DNA from: the human T2T-CHM13v2.0 reference genome, Homo sapiens
Strand: one strand, 5' to 3'
Assembly: GCF_009914755.1 (NCBI RefSeq)
Contig: NC_060947.1
DNA: 64,000 nt
The position numbers and the translations under genes were made by a program. Below are positions 56,013 to 64,000 of the stretch, piece after piece. Every line of letters starts with the position of its first letter. The first letter of the stretch is position 1. The notes beneath the pieces were generated by a model. That model made no database searches. It saw only the letters and a program-made list of their open reading frames with translations, and was not told where the DNA came from.

Positions 56013-56791
56013 TGATATGGTTTTCCTCTGGGTCCCCACCTGAATCCAATCTCCAATTGTAATCCCCACGTGTTGGGTGAGGGGCCTGGTGGGAGGAGAC
56101 TGAATAATGGGGGCAGACTCCCCTCTCGCTGTTCTTGTGATAGTGAATGAGTTCTCATGAGATCTAGTTGTTTGAAAGTGTGTGGCACCTCCCCCTTCAC
56201 TCTCTCCCTCTCTCTCTCTCCTACTCTGCCATGGTAAGATTTGCTTGCTGCCCCTTCAGGTTCCACCAGGATTGTAAGTTTCCTGAAGCCTCCCAGTCAT
56301 GCTTCTCATTAAGCCTTCAGAACTGTGAGTAAATTAAACCTTTTTTCTTCATAAATTACTCAGTCTCAGGTAGTTCTTTATAGCACTGTGACAGTGGACT
56401 AATAAAGAAAATTAGTACCAGGAAAGTAGGGCATTGCTATAAAGATACCTGAACATGCAGAAGCCACTTTGGAACTGGGTAACAGGCAGAGGCTGGAAAA
56501 ATTTGGATGGCTCAGAAGAAGATAGGAAGATGAGGGAAAGATTGGAACTTCCTGGAGACTTGTTGAATGATTCTGACCAAAATGCTTGTAGTGATATGGA
56601 CAATGAAGTCCAGGCTGAGGTGGTCTCAAATGGAGATGAGGAACTTGTTAAGAACTGCAGTAAAGGTCATTCTTGCTATGCAAAGAGACTGGTGGCATTT
56701 TGCCCCTGCCCTAAAATTAAAACTTATATTTTAAGAGGAAAGCAGAGCATAAAAGTTTGGAAAATGTGTAGCCTGACCGAGCAGTGGGAAA

Positions 56792-56833
<42 letters not shown>

Positions 56834-58136
56834 AAACATTTTCTGGGGAGAAATTCAAGCTGGCTGCGTACATTTACGTAAGTAAAAATGAGTCTATTGT
56901 TATTAGCCAAGAAAATGGGGAAAATGTCTCCAGGGCATGTCAGAGGCCTTTGTGGAAACCCCTCCCATCACAGACCCAGAGGCCTAGGAGGAAATAATGG
57001 TTTCCTGGGCCAGGCCCAGGGCCCCACTGCTCTGTGCAGCCTCAGGACATGGTGCCCTGCATCCCAGCTGCTCCAGCTTCAACTGTGGCTAAGAGGGGTC
57101 AAGGTAGAGCTCAGGTTGTTGCTTCAGAGGGTGCAAACCCCAAGCCTTGGTGGCTTCCACATGGTGTTGGGCCTGCAGGTGCACAGAAGGCAAGAGTTTA
57201 GGAAACTCTGCCTATATTTCAGAAGATTCCTGGATGTCCAGGAAGAAGTCTGATGCAGGGGTGGAGCCCTCATGAAGAACCTCTACTAGGGCAGTGCATA
57301 GGGGAAATGTGGGGTTGGAACTCCCACAAAGATTCCCCACTGGGGCACTGCCTAGTGGAGTTGTGAAAAGAGGGCCACCATCTTCCAGATACCAGAATGA
57401 TAGATATACCGACAGCTTGCACCGTGTACCTGGAAAAGACACAAGAATGCAATGCCAGCCCATGAAAGCAGCTGCGTGGGCCATTCCATTCAGAGCCACA
57501 GGTACAGAGTTTCCCAAGGCTGTTGAGCCCACCACTTGCAGCAGCGTGCCCTGGATATGAGATACAGAGTCAAAGGAGATTATTTTGGAGCTTTAAGATT
57601 TAATGACTGCATTGATGGATTTTGGAATTGCATGGGGCCTGTTGGACTTTTGAGGTAATGCTGGAATGAGTTAAGGCTTTGGAGGACTGTTGGGAAGGCA
57701 TGATTGGCTTTGCAATGTGAAAAAAAATGACATTTTGGAGGAGCTGGGTAAGAATAATATGGTTGGCTCTATGTCCATACTCAAATCTCATCTTGAACTG
57801 TAATCCCCATGGGTTGGGGAGGGGCCCGGTGGGAGGTGACTTAATCGTGGGGATGGACTTCCTCTTTGCTTTTCTCATATGGTGAGTGAGTTCTCATGAG
57901 TTCTGGTTGTTTGACAGTGTGTGGAACTTCCCACTTTGCCCTTTCTGTCTCTTGATCTGCCATGGTAAGACATGCTTGCTTCCCTTTCACCTTCCACCAT
58001 GATTGTAAGTTTCCTGAGGCCTCCTAGTCATGCTTTCTTTTAAATCTGCAGAACTGTGAGTCAGTTAAACCTTTTTCTTCATAAATTATCCAGTCTCAGA
58101 TAGTTCTTTATAGCTGTCTGAGAATGGACTAATACA
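56013..58136 (+). mobile_element. MaLR provirus (MSTA-like): 5' LTR 56013-56406, int 56407-57754, 3' LTR 57755-58136
   Basis: Paired LTRs. Perfect 5-bp TSD ACCAA (56008-56012 / 58137-58141). Internal region homologous to 554-2412. Sits within an L1ME-like fragment (~55700-58570). Confidence 0.93.
56792..56833 (+). repeat. (CAA)n microsatellite in MST-int
   Basis: Seen directly. Confidence 0.95.
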
Positions 58137-58929
58137 ACCAATTAGCAATCAAAGTGAGCGGAATAAAGCTATACACAGCAATGTGTATGGATCTCACAAA
58201 CATAATTTGAAATTCAGATCTGTATCACTAGATACACAAAATTATTTTGGTCTTCTGTTTCAAAAGTAAAAATAACTAAATTATAATAATTAAAGATACA
58301 TACTTAGGTAGTAGAACTGTGAAGAAAATAAGGAAGCTAATCACAATAATTATGATAACATTATCTCTAAGCTTTAGAACCTTTCAGGAAAGGAGAGGTT
58401 TGTAATCTACTAGGGACACATGAGAGACTATTGAGGTGCTGGCAATGCATTATATATTTTTTGGCTTGAGATAAGACTACACGTGATTTTAAAAATAGCT
58501 ATTTATTAAAGTATAAATTTGTGTTTTGTACATTTCTAAATACATATATTGTATAACTAAGGAATTAAATACCTATTGATTAAAAAGAGTCATTCATTGC
58601 CTTGAGACCTGCTTAAGTCCACAGTAATTAAGTCAGAGTCCCAGAGCATGGATCTAATGTACTTGTTGAGCCTATTGGACTCTTTCTGAAGATTCTTAAG
58701 CCACTTTGATATCATTTATTTATTCATCTGGCCATTCACTTATTTATCCACAGACTATTAGAAACAGAAGAGAGTTTGAAGACCATTCAGTACAATTCTC
58801 TTACATGGCAGTGAAAATTATGGTCCAAAAATAAAAATTGGCTTGCCCATGGTCAAAGAGCAGCTTAGTGAAAAAGCAAACACTCTCACTGTAGAGATTT
58901 CAGGTAACCATTATTGCAATGGGCTGTTA

Positions 58930-59403
58930 GTTTGCTTCTAACATCTGTTCTCCCTTTTTCTATAGTAATAGAACTTTTGTCTGAGCACATGGCTGCTCCA
59001 ATTGATTGATTAAATTTTCCAAACTCCCTAATAGTTAGATGTGATAATGTGATGATGTTCTGGACAACAGCGAGTATATAAAAATGTCATATTTTGTGGC
59101 TGTTCTTAAGAACTTCCTGTAAGAAATGGCTGAAACACCCAGTCTGTCCTTGTTCTTTATGTCTTCCTTTTTCCTGTTGCTTGGAATACAACTATCATCT
59201 TGATCTATGAAGGTACAGAAAGGCAGAGTATTGAACTGGAATAAAATTGAGTTCCTGTGGACCTAATGGAGCACAGGTGACAGGTCAAGCCAGGACTGCC
59301 TTCCCCTCGGACTTTTATATGGAAAAAAGGTCTGCAGTATTTATATTACTGTTCCTTTGGGATTTTCCTGTTAATTGCAGTCAAGCCAATCCTTATGGAT
59401 ACA
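58930..59403. mobile_element. Ancient ERVL/MaLR-type LTR (family unresolved)
   Basis: gagcacatggctgc..agttagatgtgataatgtga..ttctgg motifs, ending gataca. Confidence 0.5.
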
Positions 59404-61304
59404 GACAACAAATGAATATGTATTAAATTAAATTGGTCAAAGTTTTTGGTGCATGGGGCCATGTTCTTTCTACCATACTAGTGTGCTCTTTTTGCATACT
59501 GTCTCCTAAAATAACAAAATCTAAAGTCTCCATGTTATGTCAACTCTGTGTTTTGAAAATCTTCTCTAGCTCTGTTATCAACATTGGATATGAAAAGGAT
59601 AAGATTATTTAATTTAAAAACATGGTGCAAACCAAGCCTCAAACTCATAAATAACTTCATTGTGGACATGGAAGGTATACTGAAGATTTAGAGATAGGCT
59701 AAATTACTGTACATAAATCCAGAAAATTCAGCTGATAGTTGCTCAGATATTGTTTTCAATAAAGGTTATTCTAAGTGAAAATGCGTTTTTGAGGGTGCAG
59801 CAGTTAGGTATCATATGTCTATCTCCAAGGACGTTATGAGGTTGGTAAATAGTTTCTTGTTAAGTGCCTTAAGCATTTAGGAGAAAAAAAAAATCTGTAA
59901 ATGTAAAGCGCTATTGGGATCTCTACAAATTGAAACATGAAAAATGAATGCATATTAACATCTATCTTGGGCATTGTTTAGCAAATCCAAGCTGAAAATT
60001 AGAAATCAATTGTATATAATGTAAAGGCATCTAAGTTTTAAGATGAAAGATAAATAAGAAATATGAATGTACACAACTAAGTAGGGAGAAAGAGCAACTT
60101 GGGAACACAGGATTCACTCACAATTTTGGACTCTTGGGCTTGTGAGGAGTTTCCCTGCAAAGCAGCTGTATGCTGTATATGAGACATAGATCCCACTGAG
60201 ACGCAGAAATTTGGAGAAGGCATAAATGTGTTTTAAGTCACTCTGGCCTCATTCTCTAGAGAAGGATTGAGCAGTTGTGAAGCAGTTAGAGCTTTGGGTT
60301 TTTTTCTTGTGGGTTTTGCTTAGAATCTACACTTAAAAGGGTTTGTAGCAGGTGTTGTGAGAAGCAGCCTACTGAATGTCAGTAAAGATCCCTTACAGAA
60401 GAAATGAGGTTCATTAGAAAACTCAACCTTGTGTTAAGTTGGCCTGAACTTGTCAGGCAGGAAAGAGAGACTAACAAACAGAAGAGGAAATTGGGATGAC
60501 GCAGTGTTGCAGTTGGCCAGTGTTCAGCAGATGCATATTGCTGCTGGGGCAATGACTCCCACAGCCTACACTGGGTCTGATCCAGATGCATTCAGCCTCC
60601 CCTTTTGAATAGTAAATCTAGTTAAACCCACCAGACTTCTCGTCTTTGCCAAGCTGTATACTGCTCCCTGTGCAGGTATTCTTTCAACCTGTTCCATCAC
60701 ATTCTCCCCGTCCTGCTATGACCCTTCATCCCCCTTGACTAACCTCTGCTTCCTTCTCCCAGAAATTCTTTCTTTGTGCTCTTGACAGTTGAATTGCTTT
60801 GCAAGTTTAACCCCTTAATTATGCATTTCTTTATCTTCTGTCTTAACTGAAAACCAGCTGTCCATTGAGTCCATCTGCACGTCCTACAGCATGATGTGCC
60901 GCCAGGATAGCAAGTGAAATCTGTATTTATTTCCATTTCCAATGTCATTTCCATCCTCTTGTAAAATCTCATGTGTTCTATATACACCACGTTGTATTCT
61001 TCTGTGTTGCTATTATCTATGGATTCTGTGGGCTAAAGACTTGGGTACCTGGCCTTCTCCTTATTCCAAATCCTGTCACTTATCTATGTGACTCCACATC
61101 TATGTGTAAAATATATCCAATGCATAGACCTCTAGGATTCTTACTCATCTCTAGTGACTTTCACGTCCTCTACACTCTCTTGTCACAGTCAGATTATTGT
61201 CTTCAACCAGAATATCTCTACCTTTTATCCTTTTATAATAGAATCATATTCTCCACACACTAATTCCAACCAACCATATTTCTAGTTTCTTTACTACTTT
61301 GTTT

Positions 61305-61607
61305 CTTTTCTCTCTTTTTTTTTTTGACAGAATCTCACTCTGTCGCCCAGGCTGAAGTGCAGTGGTGCCATCTCAGCTCACTGCAAGCTCGGTCTCCCAG
61401 GTTCACGCCATTCTACTGCCTCAGCCTCCTGAGTACCTGGGACTACAGGCATCCGCCACCACGCTCGGCTAATTTTTTGTATTTTTTTTAGTAGAGACAG
61501 GGTTTCACCATGTTAGCCAGGGTGGTCTCGATCTCCTGACCTTGTGATTTGCCCATCTCAGCCTCCCAAAGTGCTGGGATTACAGGCGTGAGCCACCGCA
61601 CCCGGCC
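61305..61607 (-). mobile_element. AluY-like
   Basis: ctgcaagct and gttcacgccattct diagnostics. TSD ctttactactttgttt / ctttactcctttgttt. Confidence 0.95.
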
Positions 61608-61699
61608 CTTTACTCCTTTGTTTAGAAAGTTTAGAAAACCTTTCTGCCTTTTATTTTCATTTACTCTGAGTTTAAAGACTTTCTCTTTCCAACCTAGAC

Positions 61700-62500
61700 T
61701 TCATGGTCAATCACTCAAACAACTCTCCTACAAAAATTTTCAGATGCCAAAAATATTCACAGTTGCCTGAAGACTCTAGGTTTTCCTTTGCCTTATTTTC
61801 TTTGTCTTTGTTATTTCCACTGTTGGTACTTCTCCAAATTTTTTCCTGGTTAATTCATACTCATCCTTCAAGACTCAGTTGCATTCTAAGGGTTGCTTTC
61901 CTAGACATTTTGCCTCCTTCCTTCTCCCCCATTCTTCAGAAAATATCCTCCTTCTGTGCTCTTTTGGTACTCTGCTATTTCCATTCCAAAGTGCTTATCA
62001 CACTGTATTAAATTTCCATTTAGCTGTCTGTCTCTCTCAATAGACTGCAAGATTCATGAGTTAAATATCTTGTCTGTCTCAACTTTAACTATATTCTTAA
62101 TACCTAGATCTGTTCTTGGCACAATTTCAGTGCTCAGTAAATACTTAATAAATAAATCCTCAAAACAGCCATATCTTTCAAATTTTCATGCCTTTTTATT
62201 TTTCCCTCAGCTTATATTATATTTTGCCTCTATCCAGTTCTTCACCTGACTAAACCTCAGCCCAGGTTACACTTCTTCCATGAAGTCTTCTCTGATCTAT
62301 CTACCTTTCTCTGGACTTCCATAACAACCTGTACATCATTATGTCATTTTTCATAAAATATTGTAGTCTAACTGTTGATGACAGACATTTTTTCTCCATA
62401 AAAGACAGTGAATTATAAAGAAGAAGGACTACAACTTATTTATATATATTCCGTCATGAACGAGAATGAGGTCCAGCCCAGAAGACCTTAATAAATGTTG
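61700..62500 (+). mobile_element. L2 3' fragments (ends near 62155 and 62500)
   Basis: tagactgcaagattcatgag..ttggcaca..gtgctcagtaaatactt, and ttaataaatgttgatt. Confidence 0.65.
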
Positions 62501-64000
62501 ATTTAAATGTATGCAAAATTATATTTTATCTGTATAAAGCCATTTATTTCATCCAATAACATAACTTTTGACCTCAATCAGATGATCCCAATTACCTATT
62601 TTCTCTCAACAGGCTCTGGGAAAACCCCAAAGGAATGGATTTATTCTTAAGTGAGACTCATAAACGTCTTGATCTGTGAACTTAGATGTTTCCTGCTGCT
62701 AATATTTAGTATACAGACATTTTCTGCCCATCCCATTCCCAAATATTTGACTAGATTATTAAATATCTACATTTCTGTGCCTCTTCTGTTTCTACAAATG
62801 TTAACATTTTTGACTGCCTAAGTTTTTGACTCCTCACTTGACTTTGTTATCTTGCCTGTCCACCTGATTTCTGAAACATCCTCTCTCTAGACGTTCACTC
62901 TTAACATGAAAGCCCTAAGCCCTTGACCTTGAATCCAGTTTGCAGTTAAATTTGCTTTTACTCAAACATCTGCAACAAATGCCTTTATTTTGGCAGAGAC
63001 AGCATTATGTAGAAATTAATGCCATAAATATGTTTTTATATTAAAGAATGTCTTAAAACCTGATACCTTTGTGAGGATCTCTCTTACACCAGTCTCAATG
63101 GAAAGAACAGTTATCAAATTCTCTGATGCCAAGACCCCTGTGTTAGCTCTAGTGAGGAAGAGCTTCAAATCCTGCCAAATTCACCAGTGTTCCAAAAAAT
63201 CCCATCTGGGACCCAGATGGAAGGCATGAGCCTATGATCACAGTCCCCGAGGGTTTTGGATATGATATGTGTCAGCTTTCTGTGCTAGAGATCAGTCTAG
63301 CACTGTCATGGCCTTTGCATAGATTTCACTAGAGAATTCCTGAGCAACAAGCAATATCAGACTTTTTTTTTTAAGGTGTAGGCTCTCAGGAGAATTGCCA
63401 AGATATTGTTAAAGATCTTAGTTCAAAGCTATCGGTTCTGTTTGATTCTGTCTTGAATCCCGCTTTCACAATCAGTTTGCTTTCACTCCATTTTGCCTCA
63501 GATAACTTTCTTGAATTGGACTAGGTACTGATTCTTCTGGCCTCTAAACTCAAGTTATTACCCCTGGTAGTTTCCACCTTTCCCTTAACCATAATCTGTC
63601 AGTCAGTTCATCAGAGAGAAGAGCAAAAGCCAAAAAGACAAGAGAATAGCTGTATCACCATGACCACCGCCAGCACACAACAACAAATGCTGTAGTGAGC
63701 TACGCAGAAGAAGGAAATGCAGAAGGAAATATAGGTTTGAAATATCAGTAATTGTAATAACTAAAAATGGATCAATTACTAGCAAGTATATAAAGCAAAG
63801 GAAAATCACCTAGGTATTTTTTACTAAATTATTTTTAATGGTACTAAGCACTATTTTTTTTTTTTTTACAAAAGTTATTCTGATTGCTCATCAAAATAAT
63901 TGGTGAGGTTTTTCAGCATATGAGTAGGTGGTCATATCCAACCCATAGTCTCACTCAGTAGGTCAGGGATAAAGCCTCAAATCAAGTAGTAATGTGAGAT

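Overview
AT-rich, transposon-saturated primate genomic DNA, most likely human or great ape given the AluY, L1PA2-type and L1PA3-type insertions. I recognise no intact protein-coding gene, RNA gene or CRISPR-like array. Nearly all ORFs in the track are chance frames or decayed L1, Alu or MaLR frames. The window holds four long decayed L1s (~10.9-17.0 kb +, 21.8-30.2 kb +, 32.3-37.7 kb +, 48.7-55.3 kb -), two LTR-int-LTR MaLR proviruses, solo LTRs, seven dimeric Alus and two monomers, a hAT-Charlie fossil, a MADE1, and MIR/L2 relics. The standout is a ~153 bp CpG-rich insert at 28045-28197. It is the spliced 5' end of HNRNPA3 mRNA, has no poly(A) tail, and is flanked by a 9-bp TSD, consistent with a tailless retrocopy. 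Its start codon opens a 59-aa chimeric ORF that the track misses. Several L1s carry rearrangement scars. Repeat subfamily names come from recalled consensus sequences and are approximate. I found no evidence of a new biological system beyond these retroposition and rearrangement events.
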